Below, one piece after another: positions 55,037 through 64,000 of a DNA stretch of 64,000 nucleotides (position 1 is the first letter of the stretch; each line of letters begins with the position of its first letter). Made by a program: the position numbers and the translations under genes. A model generated the notes under the pieces. It was not told the DNA's origin and did no database searches. It saw nothing but the letters and a program-made list of their open reading frames with translations. Origin of the DNA: an uncultured Solirubrobacterales bacterium (GTDB taxonomy: Bacteria > Actinomycetota > Thermoleophilia > Solirubrobacterales > Solirubrobacteraceae); assembly GCA_963695325.1 (NCBI GenBank), contig OY968776.1, positions 3,132,257 through 3,196,256 on the forward strand, read 5' to 3'.

Positions 55037-55438
55037 GTGCGGCTGAATCACATCACTCTGCCCGCTATCGATGTGGAGGCGTCAGCGACCTTCTATGCCC
55101 GTCTGGGTCTCACGCAGATCGTCGCCCACTATCCGGAGTACGCGCGCCTGCTCTCGCCGCGGGGCGAGACGACCCTCTCGCTGCACCGCGCCGAGCGGAG
55201 CGTCGGGTCGCCACGAGCGAGTATCCACTTCGAGGTCGATGACGTCAACCAAACGGTCGAGCGGCTCAGGGGGGAAGGCTTTACCTTCGTGTGCGATCCG
55301 GTCGACCAGCCCTACCTATGGCGTGAGGCGATCATGCTCGATCCCGATGGCCACCATGTCTTCATCTACCACGCCGGCGAGAACAGACTGGACCCGCCGT
55401 GGCGCCTCGACTCAGGCTCCGGGGCGCAGAGCGCGTGA
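55037..55438 (+). CDS. VOC/glyoxalase-family protein
   Basis: GTG 55037 gives VRLNHITLPAIDVEASATFYARLGL...IHFEVDDVNQTVERLRGEGFTF...DPDGHHVFIY. Confidence 0.75.
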   Translation: MRLNHITLPAIDVEASATFYARLGLTQIVAHYPEYARLLSPRGETTLSLHRAERSVGSPRASIHFEVDDVNQTVERLRGEGFTFVCDPVDQPYLWREAIMLDPDGHHVFIYHAGENRLDPPWRLDSGSGAQSA

Positions 55439-55496
55439 GAAATGTGGAGTGACGCTGCGCTGGCTGGCCTCGTATATGCCCGTCTGGGGGAGTCGC

Positions 55497-55934
55497 TCAC
55501 GATGATCTGATCTTGCTCGTGTTCGCACCCGACGCTATTAGCAACCTTGCGCCAAGGTCGGCGCTCTCGAGGCCTGCTAGCTCGCGGTTACGCTCACACC
55601 AAGCGACGCTTGCGAGATCTGCGCCGAGCGTGCCGACGGCTCGCTGCTCCGCGGGCGCTCCCACTCTCGCCCATACCGAGCTGCCACGACGAACCGCCTC
55701 TGTCAGGTAAGCCTTGGGTCTGCGCCAGTAGCAGTGGAAGAACCCATCCACGCAGTCCCAAGGGATCAGGACCGTCTCCACGCGCGCCCCGATGGCGGCG
55801 GTGCGCTCGCTCAGGTCCGGACGGTCCCGACCCAAAGCGTGGTACTCAGGCAGATAGTCCCGGATCAGCCAGAACTGCTGGCTCTCTTTGTCGTCCCATT
55901 GAAAGATGACGACCCGCCTGGCGACGCGACGCAT
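55497..55934 (-). pseudogene. Class I SAM-dependent methyltransferase, C-terminal fragment
   Basis: EMRRVARRVVIFQWD...FWLIRDYLPE...IPWDCVDGFFHCYWRRPKAYL matches the C-terminal half of a common actinobacterial methyltransferase family. No SAM-binding motif lies upstream. Confidence 0.55.
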
Positions 55935-55947
55935 CTCTGCTGAATCG

Positions 55948-58866
55948 TCAAGAGGGGGGGCGCCAGCACCGGGTGCGGCGTGCGCACGGACGGACGTGGA
56001 TTCGCTCGAGCGCGCACGGCGACGACGGCGCGAAGTCCGCGAGGGCGGAAATCGAGGACGACGTCGATCCGCTGGGCCGTCTCGTCCTGACGCCCCAGCA
56101 CCGGCCGACGCCGCGCCCGCCTCTCACACCGCGACCGCGGCCTCGCGCTCGCCCAGGACGCTCCCACTCCCCCCGTTCCAGCGCCGGCAGGATCGCAGAC
56201 ACGTCGCGCCCCTCCTTCACGGCGGCGGTCACATGTGGCGCGTCCTGCTGGCGCGCGATCAGGATGGCCCCCACGACGCGCCCATCCGAGATGACGAGCT
56301 TGCGGTAGCTGTGCTCGTCGGGGTCCTCGAGCGCGATCGCGGTGTCGTGCTCGCCGGCCTCGAAGCGCCCGACCGAGAGCAGGTCGACACCGACGACCTT
56401 CAGCATCGTCACGGGAACTGTGCCGCGATAGGCGCGGTGCCCGCCGAGCGCGTTCTCGGCGGCGATCTCGCCCTGCTCGACGGCGGCGGGCCACAGACCG
56501 TAGATGCGCCCTCCGTGCTCGGCGACGTCGCCGATGGCGAGCACCGCGGGGTCGCTGGTGCGGAGCTCGTCGTCGACGACCACGCCCCGGCTCGTCTCGA
56601 TGCCGCTCGCCCGCGCGAGCTCCACCAGCGGCGCGATGCCGGCGGCGACGAGGAATAGGTCGGCGGGAAGCGTGCGCCCGTCGCGCAGTCGCACCTCGCG
56701 CAGGCGCCCCTCGGCCGGGCGCCCCTCGGCCGGGCGCGCCTCGGCTTGCTGGCCCTCATGCGCGTGCCCTCCGGCGCCGTCCTCCGCCCCGACGCTCAGC
56801 GCCTCGGTATCGCTGGAAAGCGCGACGTGGAGGCCGAGCCCTTCGAGGTAGTCGCGCAGCATCTCGGCGGCGCGCGCGTCGAGCTGGCGCGAGAGCAGCG
56901 CGTCGCTGCGCTCGAGCACGGTGACGTGCAGCCCGATCTTGTGCAGCGCGTACGCGGCCTCCAAACCCAGCAGCCCACCCCCGGCGATGACGGCGTGTTC
57001 GGCGTGGTGCTCCTGCGCGTAGGTGCGGATCGCGAAGGCGTCGGCGGCGCGGCGCAGCACGAACGTGCCCGGCGCGCCGTAGCCCGCGATTGGCGGTACG
57101 GACGAGTCGCTGCCGGTCGCGAGGACCAGGCGGTCGTAGGGCAGCTTCTCGCCGGTCCCGAGGGTCAGCTCGCGGCGCTCGCGGTCCAGCGCGGTGGCGT
57201 ATGTGTTCAACCAGCAGGTGACTCGGTTCTCCTCGTACCAGGAGTCGGGCAGCAGCTGCAGCCCGACCATCGCGGAGCGCGCGTACACGAGCCGCGCGAT
57301 GCCCATGCGGTTGTACAGCGGGTAGGGCTCGTTCGCGACGACGTCGATATCGCAGTCGGGGTGGCGGCGGCGGACGTGGTCGGCGGCGGTCACCCCGGCG
57401 ATCCCGTTCCCGACGATCACGATCCGCTTCACCTCGGGATCGGGTTCGAAGCCCGCGACGCGCTTCGGCGCGGCGGCACCGGTGCGGTCGGGGGTGAGTG
57501 AGATCGTGACGGGCCCCTCGACGCGTGCGCAGCAAGCCATGCGAGTGTTCTCCGCGTAGCCGAGGCGCTCCAGCGTGGCCTGCTCGTCGTTTGAAATGGG
57601 TGAGAGGTTGTCCATGCCGGCGACCACGCACACGGGATCGGCGCCGCACACCCCCATGCGGCAGCCCGCCTCGATCGTCTGCTCGCCGCTTTCGGCCATC
57701 TCGAGCAGCGTGGCGCCGGGCTTCGCGACGAGTCGGAGACCGGTGGGCTCGAACGTGACCTCGGGGTTGCCGGCCTGCTTGGCGCGCGCGGCGTCCAGCG
57801 CGCCGGCCCCGAGCCGCACGGGTGGCGGCGAGGTGGCCTGCGCGACGAACACGGCCTCCTTGCGCCACGTCCGCACGAGCCACACGGCGGCGAGCCCCCA
57901 CACGAGGCCGCGCAAACCCCACACGAACCACGCGGTGCTCGTGCTGCCGGTGAGCGTGCCCGACAGCACCTGCGCGGCGTAGAAGTAGAAGAGGCTGATC
58001 GCGACGGCGCCGTAGACGGCGGTGATCTTGTTGACGGTCACCTTCAAAAGCGTTTCCGCGAGGAAGAAGCTGCCTGCGCTCACACCGATGAAGACCGCGA
58101 AGCGCCCGTAGTCCGCGGCCGCGGAGATGTGCGGCGGGAGTGTGAAGTAACAGTAGATGAGGCCGGGGAAGCACCCGACGAAGAACCTGCGGTACCCGGT
58201 GTAGTGGCGGTCGTCCTCGTAGAGGTCCGCGAGGTACGCGACGCGGGGGTTGAAGTCGTAACAGTTCTTCGTGCAGCCCACGCAGGGCTGGCAGTGCGAG
58301 TTGGGGATCGTCGCGAACGGCGTCTGCCCGTAGATGCGCTGGACGGGCAGCAGCGGGCAGATCGAGCTGCACCAGCCGCTCTTTCCCTTGAACACGAGCC
58401 CGCCGGTGAACGCGCCGAGCAGCGACGCGCCGATCAGCACGGCGGTCGCCACTCCGCTCGTGTTGAGTAGCGGCTCGCGTGAGGCGACGAGCAGGATGAA
58501 CGCGACCATCCCCACGACGGGGGCGTACTCGCGGTACCAGTCGGGGATCGTGAGCCCGCGGGTGAAACGGAACAGGCGCGGGGTCTGGTTGGAGGCGGCG
58601 AGGGGGCAGAGGTTGCGCCACAGTCCGGGTGCTGCGAGCCACACGAGTGGGAGCAGCGGGATCGCGAGCTTCCACCATAGTTCGAGTCCTTTGTCGGGCT
58701 GCGCAATCAGCAGCGCGCACTCGCCGACGGCGAGAGCGACGCTGATGACGCGCCCGACATGCCAAACCCAGATCGGCGCGCGCCGGCGCATCTGTGTGAA
58801 ATTCGGGAACGGGTTCGCGGCGGTCGTGCTGGTCGCGCCGGCGGCGGTCGTGCTCGCCACGGTCAA
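55948..58866 (-). CDS. Multidomain membrane redox protein: polytopic 4Fe-4S-binding N-domain + 2Fe-2S ferredoxin-like + FAD/NAD(P) pyridine-nucleotide-disulfide oxidoreductase
   Basis: Cys clusters are CSSICPL and HCQPCVGCTKNCYDFNP. I also read EAGCRMGVCGADPVCV, and the Rossmann motifs IVIVGNGIAGVTAA and AVIAGGGLLGLEAA. The last ~80 aa are Arg/Gly-rich nonsense-like sequence. Confidence 0.75.
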   Translation of the reverse strand: MTVASTTAAGATSTTAANPFPNFTQMRRRAPIWVWHVGRVISVALAVGECALLIAQPDKGLELWWKLAIPLLPLVWLAAPGLWRNLCPLAASNQTPRLFRFTRGLTIPDWYREYAPVVGMVAFILLVASREPLLNTSGVATAVLIGASLLGAFTGGLVFKGKSGWCSSICPLLPVQRIYGQTPFATIPNSHCQPCVGCTKNCYDFNPRVAYLADLYEDDRHYTGYRRFFVGCFPGLIYCYFTLPPHISAAADYGRFAVFIGVSAGSFFLAETLLKVTVNKITAVYGAVAISLFYFYAAQVLSGTLTGSTSTAWFVWGLRGLVWGLAAVWLVRTWRKEAVFVAQATSPPPVRLGAGALDAARAKQAGNPEVTFEPTGLRLVAKPGATLLEMAESGEQTIEAGCRMGVCGADPVCVVAGMDNLSPISNDEQATLERLGYAENTRMACCARVEGPVTISLTPDRTGAAAPKRVAGFEPDPEVKRIVIVGNGIAGVTAADHVRRRHPDCDIDVVANEPYPLYNRMGIARLVYARSAMVGLQLLPDSWYEENRVTCWLNTYATALDRERRELTLGTGEKLPYDRLVLATGSDSSVPPIAGYGAPGTFVLRRAADAFAIRTYAQEHHAEHAVIAGGGLLGLEAAYALHKIGLHVTVLERSDALLSRQLDARAAEMLRDYLEGLGLHVALSSDTEALSVGAEDGAGGHAHEGQQAEARPAEGRPAEGRLREVRLRDGRTLPADLFLVAAGIAPLVELARASGIETSRGVVVDDELRTSDPAVLAIGDVAEHGGRIYGLWPAAVEQGEIAAENALGGHRAYRGTVPVTMLKVVGVDLLSVGRFEAGEHDTAIALEDPDEHSYRKLVISDGRVVGAILIARQQDAPHVTAAVKEGRDVSAILPALERGEWERPGRARGRGRGVRGGRGVGRCWGVRTRRPSGSTSSSISALADFAPSSPCALERIHVRPCARRTRCWRPPS

Positions 58867-59349
58867 CCCCCGCTGCGCGCGATCGCGTCACTCGCGAGAC
58901 GCAGGCGCGCGGTGACGATGCGCGCGAGGTCGAACAGGATCGCGCGCCCCAGCTCGGGCTCGCGCGCGGCGAGCGTCTCGAAGCTCTCCAGCCGCAGGCG
59001 CAGCAGCTCGCCGTCGCTGAGCCCGAACAGCGTGGCCGAGCGCGGGCCGCCGTCGAGGAACGCGACCTCGCCGACAACCGACGGCGCGTCGATCGCCTTG
59101 AATGTCTTAACTCGAATCTCCTGCGAGGCGCACACCGAGCGCGCCCTCCGTAAGCAGGTACAGCGCGCGGTCGTGCTCACCCGCTTCGATGATCGTCTCC
59201 CCGCGTGAGAAGCGGCGCGTCTCGGTATGCGCGAGCACCTTCTCCCAGTCCGAGCGTGGGCGGTCGGCGAGCAGCTGCAGCTCGCTGCTGCGCTCGTGGA
59301 CCGCGACGGAGTCGTAGTCGAAGAAGCCGGCGGCGAATCCTGCGCTCAT
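58863..59349 (-). pseudogene. Cyclic-nucleotide-binding-domain protein, frameshifted at about 59110-59145
   Basis: ORF 59107-59553, trimmed to ATG 59349, reads ...RRFSRGETIIEAGEHDRALYLLTEGALGVRL. ORF 58863-59180 reads ...IRVKTFKAIDAPSVVGEVAFLDGGPRSATLFGLSDGELLRL. Together they make one cNMP-binding fold. The start overlaps the upstream gene's stop as ATGA. Confidence 0.7.
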
Positions 59350-61094
59350 CGCCGCGGCGCCTTCGCGAAGTGACTGTGCCCGGAGTGGACGAGGAAGTGG
59401 TGGTGGTTGACGAGGTCGGTGACGAGCACCTTGTCGCGGGTGACGCGGACGAGTGTGCCGTTGCAGAAGTCCTCCGTGAGCCATTCGGTGCCCTGGACGG
59501 CGCCGGCGGCGTAGTTGCCCTTGGTGGAGAAGCTGCCGTGGGCGTTCGTCCACAGTTTGCGCACGGGATGCTTGCCGGCGCTGGCCATCGAGGCGCGATG
59601 GGCGCGCTCCGCCGCGGTGGGACAGGCGGTGAAGTCCCCGCCGGTGAGCGCGGCCTGGACCTCGCCGTCGCGATTCTGGGTGAGCACGAGCTCGCCCCCG
59701 AAGAATTCACCGGTCTGCGTCCCGCCGTGGGGCGCGGCGGTCGTGACGACGACGCGCCCGTGGGTGGCGTCGATGACGGTGCCGAACGGGACGGAGCGCA
59801 GCGTGGTGAGCGCGACGAAGGTGTGAGTGCCGGGCAGCTCGACGAGCACGGTGCCGGACGCGGGAGCGACATTGCCGGTGCGCGCGCGTATGGGCGTGGG
59901 TGGCGGGGGTGGTGGGGGAGTCTGAGGTGAGGATTGGGTGGATGTTTTGGGGTTGGGAGGGGTCGCGCTGCTTTTTTTCGTGCTGAGTTGGAAGGCACCG
60001 ATGTCGCAGGATTCCCGTGGGCGTTCGACGCCGCGCTGGTCGAGCGCCGGACAGGATTCCCCGAGCGCGGCGCCGACCGCCGGGCTGGTGGGCTGCAGGG
60101 CGATCGTTTCGGTGGGGCCGCCGTTGTCCGCCAGTCTGAGAGCGCCGCCGGCTTCTTCCAGCTGCGCCGCCGCCTGTTTGTCGCCGGCGGCCCCGAGGTT
60201 GCAACTGGCGTCGTCGGCGAGGTTGTGGCCGACGGTCTCGGTGACCTTCAGTGTCGCGGCGCAGTTCGCGGGGGTGTTACGCGCGAGGAGCGAGTTGCTC
60301 AATGTGACGGCCGTTCCGGAGATGCCGGCCCCGGCGCCGGTCGGGGCGGTGTTGCCGGCGATCGTCGTGTTGAGGACTTCGAGCTGGGCGTGGTTGTCGA
60401 TGCCGCCGCCGTTCTGGTTGGTTTCGTTGTCGACGATCGTGCTGTTGACGAGGCTGGCCGTCTGGCCGCCCTGGGCGAGCTCGATCCCGCCTCCCGAGCC
60501 GATCGCGGAGAACCCGGCTTTGTTGCCGGCGACGAGGCTGTCGAGCACGTGCAGTTCGCCGGCGGCGTTGATCCCGCCGCCGGAGCTCGCGGAGACGTTG
60601 TCGAGGATCGCGACGTCGACGAGCGAGAGGCTCGCGTCGAGTTCGAGGTTGATCCCGGCGCCAGCGCCCTGCGTTTCGCCGCCTTTGAGCTCGAGGTCCG
60701 CGACCACGGTGAGGCCGCTGCTGCTCGTGGTGCCGACATTGAGCAGCCGTCCCTTCCTGGCAGCGGTGGGTTCGATCTTCACTTCGCCGGCGCGGCTGCC
60801 CAACCCGACGACTTCCTCGGTTTTTCCGACCGGGGGGGCGATGTTCAACTGTTCGCCGAGGACGTACGTTCCGGGCGGGACCTCGACGATGTTCTTCGTT
60901 TCGCCACCCGTGAACTGGCTCGCGTTGGCGACGACCTGGCGCAGCGAGCACGGCCCTTCGCATTTCGGGTTGGGCTTGGTGAGGTCTTCGGTGGTGGTGA
61001 CGAGGAAGGTCGCGCCCACCGCGCTCTGCTCGCCGGCTCCCAGCGCCGCGACGGCCGCGACCACCGCGAGCGCACCCAGTACCGCCCGGCTCAT
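59346..61094 (-). CDS. Secreted right-handed beta-helix protein (choice-of-anchor-Q-like) with Pro-rich linker and C-terminal domain
   Basis: It has a signal peptide. I read CSLRQVVANA, repeated GGGI/NTTIAGN turns, ADNGGPTETIALQPTSPAVGA and DQRGVERP...CDIGAFQ. Confidence 0.6.
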   Translation of the reverse strand: MSRAVLGALAVVAAVAALGAGEQSAVGATFLVTTTEDLTKPNPKCEGPCSLRQVVANASQFTGGETKNIVEVPPGTYVLGEQLNIAPPVGKTEEVVGLGSRAGEVKIEPTAARKGRLLNVGTTSSSGLTVVADLELKGGETQGAGAGINLELDASLSLVDVAILDNVSASSGGGINAAGELHVLDSLVAGNKAGFSAIGSGGGIELAQGGQTASLVNSTIVDNETNQNGGGIDNHAQLEVLNTTIAGNTAPTGAGAGISGTAVTLSNSLLARNTPANCAATLKVTETVGHNLADDASCNLGAAGDKQAAAQLEEAGGALRLADNGGPTETIALQPTSPAVGAALGESCPALDQRGVERPRESCDIGAFQLSTKKSSATPPNPKTSTQSSPQTPPPPPPPTPIRARTGNVAPASGTVLVELPGTHTFVALTTLRSVPFGTVIDATHGRVVVTTAAPHGGTQTGEFFGGELVLTQNRDGEVQAALTGGDFTACPTAAERAHRASMASAGKHPVRKLWTNAHGSFSTKGNYAAGAVQGTEWLTEDFCNGTLVRVTRDKVLVTDLVNHHHFLVHSGHSHFAKAPRR

Positions 61095-61269
61095 CGCCCG
61101 TACTTGGCCAGCTCGCTGTTACGTCGGTGCATTCGGCGCGCTCCCTATCGATCCGAGCTTTCGAGGGCGCCAACTCTACATGCGGCGTGGGCGCGGGGAC
61201 GCGAGGCCGGCAACCGTTCGACTAGCATCGCTGCGCCGGAGCGTCGGATGCTGAGATCGAGGCGGTGAC

Positions 61270-63120
61270 ATGGGCGCACGCAGACCGGGACGCAAGACCG
61301 CGTCGCTGTTGATCGTGGCCGTCGTCGCGGCGGGCCTCGGCGTTCTCGCCTACGCGACGGGCCTGCTGGGGCGCAGCGAACAGCAGACGCTCGACGCGCG
61401 CTTCGCGATCCGCGGCGCGCGGCGACCACCGTCGAACGTCGTGTTCGTGCAGATCAGCCAGCAGGCCGAACAGGAACTCGAAAGCCGCCATCTGGAGGCG
61501 CGCTCGCCGCTGCCGCGAAGCTACGACGCGGAGGTGATCGACCATCTGCGCCGCGCGGGCGCGCGGGCGATCGCGATCGACATGGAATACATCCACGCAA
61601 CGGACCCGCGCGAAGACGACGAGCTGATCGAAGCGGTGGGCCGGGCGCACGGGAGGGTGGTGCTCGCGACCGTCAACGTCGGGGCCGGCGGCGCGACCCC
61701 GATATTCGGCGGCTCCTCCCAGCTGCTGCGCGAAATCGGTGCGCGGCCTGCCGAGGTGCGGTTGACGCTCGACAGCGACGGCACCGTCCGGCGCTTCGCG
61801 CGCGAGTACAACGGCCTCGCGAGCTTTCCGGTGGCGGCCGCCGAAGTGATGAAAGGCGGGCGCATCCCGGCGTCGACGTTCGAGCACGGCACGCTGCCGA
61901 TCGACTTCGCGGGCCCTCCCGGATCGTTCAGCGCGATCTCCTTCGCCAGGGTGATGCGCGGCGACTTCCCGGCGGGCGAGCTCGAGGGCAAGCTCGTCAT
62001 CGTGGGCGCCTCCTCGCCGATCCTGCAGGACGTGCACGCGACCGCCACGACCGGCGCGCAGACGATGCCCGGCCCGGAAATCTGGGCGAACGCCGCGGCG
62101 ACGCTGCTCGCGGGGGTGCCGCTGAGGGATGCCCCGGGGTGGCTGGACGTGCTGCTGATCGTGCTCCTCGGCGTGGTCGTCCCGTTTTCCAGCGCGCGGC
62201 TTCGCCAGTGGCGCTCGCTGCTGGACGCGCTCGCCCTTGCGCTGGTCTTCTCGGTCGCGGTCCAGGTCGCGTTCGACAGCGGCCTGATCGTCACCTACGT
62301 CTACCCGCTGCTCGCGCTGGCCATCGGCACGCTGGGCACGCTCGCCGTGCTCTACATGGTGGAGACGCTCGAGCGCGCGCGTGTGCACGACCTGTTCGCG
62401 CGCTTCGTCCCGGCGGACGTCGTCGACCAGGTCGTGGCGAGCGCCGGCGAGAACCTGCGCCTGGGCGCGGTGGAGCGCGACTGTACGGTCCTGTTCTCCG
62501 ATCTGCGCGGCTTCACGAGCTTCGCCGAGCAGCTGCCCGCGGCGCGCGTGATCGAGGTCGTCAACTGCTATCTGAGCGAGATGACCGAGGCGATCCTCGG
62601 CGCGGGGGGCACGCTGATCTCCTACATGGGCGACGGCATCATGGCGGTGTTCGGCGCCCCGCTGGAGCAGCCCGACCACGCCGACCGCGCGCTGGGGGCG
62701 GCGCGGGAGATGATCGGGCCGCGCCTGGACGCGTTCAACCGCTGGATCGCGGAGGAGGGTCACGACCACCGCTTCGTGATGGGCGTCGGCATCAACAGCG
62801 GGCCGGTGATGGCCGGGAACATCGGCTCCGAGCAGCGCGTCGAGTACACCGCGTTGGGGGACACCACCAACACCGCGTCGCGTCTGGAGGGGATGACGAA
62901 GGACAGTGGCCACATGCTGTTCGTCGCGGACTCCACCCGCGAACGCCTGCGGCAACCGCCGGGCGATCTCATGCCGGTCGGCGAGCTCGAGGTGCGCGGC
63001 CGTGTCGCGGCGGTACCCGTGTGGACGGTCGCCGCGGCCGCCGCGCTGGCGCGCTCCGCGGCGAATGCAGCGGCGCCCGCCGGAGGGGAGCATCCCGTCC
63101 ATCGCCCGCGCGGGGGATAA
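61270..63120 (+). CDS. CHASE2-domain membrane adenylate/guanylate cyclase (class III)
   Basis: The N-terminus has a TM segment and a CHASE2-like region, followed by three TM segments. The cyclase core reads TVLFSDLRGFTSFAE, ISYMGDGIMAVFGAP and GINSGPVMAGNIGSEQRVEYTALGDTTNTASRLEG. Confidence 0.85.
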   Translation: MGARRPGRKTASLLIVAVVAAGLGVLAYATGLLGRSEQQTLDARFAIRGARRPPSNVVFVQISQQAEQELESRHLEARSPLPRSYDAEVIDHLRRAGARAIAIDMEYIHATDPREDDELIEAVGRAHGRVVLATVNVGAGGATPIFGGSSQLLREIGARPAEVRLTLDSDGTVRRFAREYNGLASFPVAAAEVMKGGRIPASTFEHGTLPIDFAGPPGSFSAISFARVMRGDFPAGELEGKLVIVGASSPILQDVHATATTGAQTMPGPEIWANAAATLLAGVPLRDAPGWLDVLLIVLLGVVVPFSSARLRQWRSLLDALALALVFSVAVQVAFDSGLIVTYVYPLLALAIGTLGTLAVLYMVETLERARVHDLFARFVPADVVDQVVASAGENLRLGAVERDCTVLFSDLRGFTSFAEQLPAARVIEVVNCYLSEMTEAILGAGGTLISYMGDGIMAVFGAPLEQPDHADRALGAAREMIGPRLDAFNRWIAEEGHDHRFVMGVGINSGPVMAGNIGSEQRVEYTALGDTTNTASRLEGMTKDSGHMLFVADSTRERLRQPPGDLMPVGELEVRGRVAAVPVWTVAAAAALARSAANAAAPAGGEHPVHRPRGG

Positions 63121-63130
63121 TCGCTCGCGC

Positions 63131-63976
63131 ATGCGTGTCCATTTCTGTGGCGTGCGCGGCTCGACGCCGGCGCCCGGCATCGAGTTCGTGCGCTACGGAG
63201 GTCACACGGCGTGTCTCGCGCTCGCCCACGACGACGGCGGCGCGCCGCAGCTCGTGCTCGACGCCGGGACCGGATTGCGCGCGGTCTCGCGCCTCCTCGA
63301 CGGTGCGCCGTTCACGGGCACGATCGTGCTCAGCCACCTGCACTGGGACCACCTGCTCGGACTACCCTTCTTCGCAGCGGGCGACCGTGAGGACGCGGCG
63401 CCGACGGTGCTCGTCCCCGCGCAGGACGAGGGCGACGCGCTGGGAGCGATCGCGCGCGTGATGTCACCCCCGTACTTCCCGATCGAGCCGACGGAGCTGC
63501 GTGGGCGCTGGACGTTCGCGAGCGTCGCGCCGGGAGAACACCGCGTCGAGGGATTCACGGTGCTCGCGCGCGAGATCCCGCACAAGGGCGGGCGCACACT
63601 TGGGTACAGGATCGGCGACTCCCACTCGACCCTCACATACATGCCCGACCACTGCCCCACGATGCTCGGTTCGGGCGAGCGCGGTTTCGGCGAGTACCAC
63701 CCCGCCGCGCTCGAGTTGGCGCGCGACGCCGACCTGCTCGTCCACGACGCCCAGCTGTTGGCGGAGGAGCTCGCCGCCGAGGCCGGGTTCGGGCACGCCG
63801 CAGCCGACTACGCCGTGGAGCTCGCACGGCGCGCGGGCGCCCGCGCGGTCGCGCTGTTTCACCACCGCCCCGACCGCACGGACGACGCCCTGGACCGGCT
63901 CGCGCAGCGGTTCGCCGCGTGCGAGCGCCCCCCGGCGGTGAGCGTCGCGGCGGAGGGCGCAGTGGTGCAGCTGTAG
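63131..63976 (+). CDS. MBL-fold metallo-hydrolase (possible cyclic-nucleotide phosphodiesterase)
   Basis: Trimmed to ATG 63131. The HxHxDH motif reads LSHLHWDHLLGLPFF. The size and the position 11 nt after the cyclase stop fit this call. Confidence 0.7.
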   Translation: MRVHFCGVRGSTPAPGIEFVRYGGHTACLALAHDDGGAPQLVLDAGTGLRAVSRLLDGAPFTGTIVLSHLHWDHLLGLPFFAAGDREDAAPTVLVPAQDEGDALGAIARVMSPPYFPIEPTELRGRWTFASVAPGEHRVEGFTVLAREIPHKGGRTLGYRIGDSHSTLTYMPDHCPTMLGSGERGFGEYHPAALELARDADLLVHDAQLLAEELAAEAGFGHAAADYAVELARRAGARAVALFHHRPDRTDDALDRLAQRFAACERPPAVSVAAEGAVVQL

Positions 63977-64000
63977 GCGTTCGAGACGGCTGGGGACCGC

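Noticed and set aside
56756-59077. 773-aa minus-strand ORF overlapping the oxidoreductase in another frame
   Set aside because: It is extremely Arg/Pro/Ala-rich. The alternative frame (55948-58866) carries Fe-S Cys clusters and two Rossmann motifs.
61222-63180. 652-aa minus-strand ORF covering the whole cyclase gene
   Set aside because: It is antisense to a gene with unmistakable class III cyclase motifs. Its product is Arg/Ala/His/Asp-rich with no motif. This is a typical high-G+C shadow ORF.

Overview
This is a high-G+C, Actinomycetota-like chromosomal window. I read it by eye with the ORF track; no searches were run, so every family call rests on motif recognition. The track takes the longest ATG/GTG/TTG ORF. 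I therefore trimmed many starts and discarded many long Arg/Ala-rich shadow ORFs.

Layout:
1. 1-31065 is the right-hand part of an integrative conjugative element or tandem island array. It holds Gram-positive-type T4SS genes (TcpE-like, VirB2-like, VirB4-like) under an ArsR regulator with operator-like palindromes. Its cargo is rich in defence/toxin-type domains: a DNA methyltransferase, DUF262, SIR2-like, two proteins with HEPN-type Rx4H motifs, RES-like, a double RusA-like protein, GIY-YIG-like and PDDEXK/DUF1016. It ends at a 42-nt 3' half of initiator tRNA-Met (31024-31065). A possible nested 4.1-kb integrase remnant lies between two copies of an 11-bp repeat.
2. 31.0-33.8 kb holds recombinase and relaxation-protein fragments plus one hypothetical gene.
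3. 34.0-42.5 kb looks like core genome: an OmpR/HK two-component system, a MacB/FtsX-type ABC exporter with two ATPase genes, and three lipoproteins.
4. 42.5-45.1 kb is a nested mobile-element graveyard. A RIT-like tyrosine-recombinase pair sits inside an IS256-family transposase gene, and a deletion runs into a YVTN beta-propeller gene.
5. 45.3-53.4 kb is a co-oriented cluster of seven secreted proteins. One carries an 18-triplet collagen-like Gly-X-Y run, and one is an SGNH hydrolase fusion.
6. 54.6-56.2 kb is a patch of gene fragments.
7. 55.9-64.0 kb is a cAMP-type signalling neighbourhood with a CHASE2 cyclase, an MBL-fold hydrolase, a cNMP-binding protein and a membrane Fe-S/FAD oxidoreductase.

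The most interesting candidate is the SIR2-like + DUF262 operon facing a methyltransferase at 8.4-12.0 kb. At least five genes carry frame disruptions, two of them at homopolymer runs, and one carries an in-frame TAG. I saw no rRNA, no intact tRNA and no CRISPR array.
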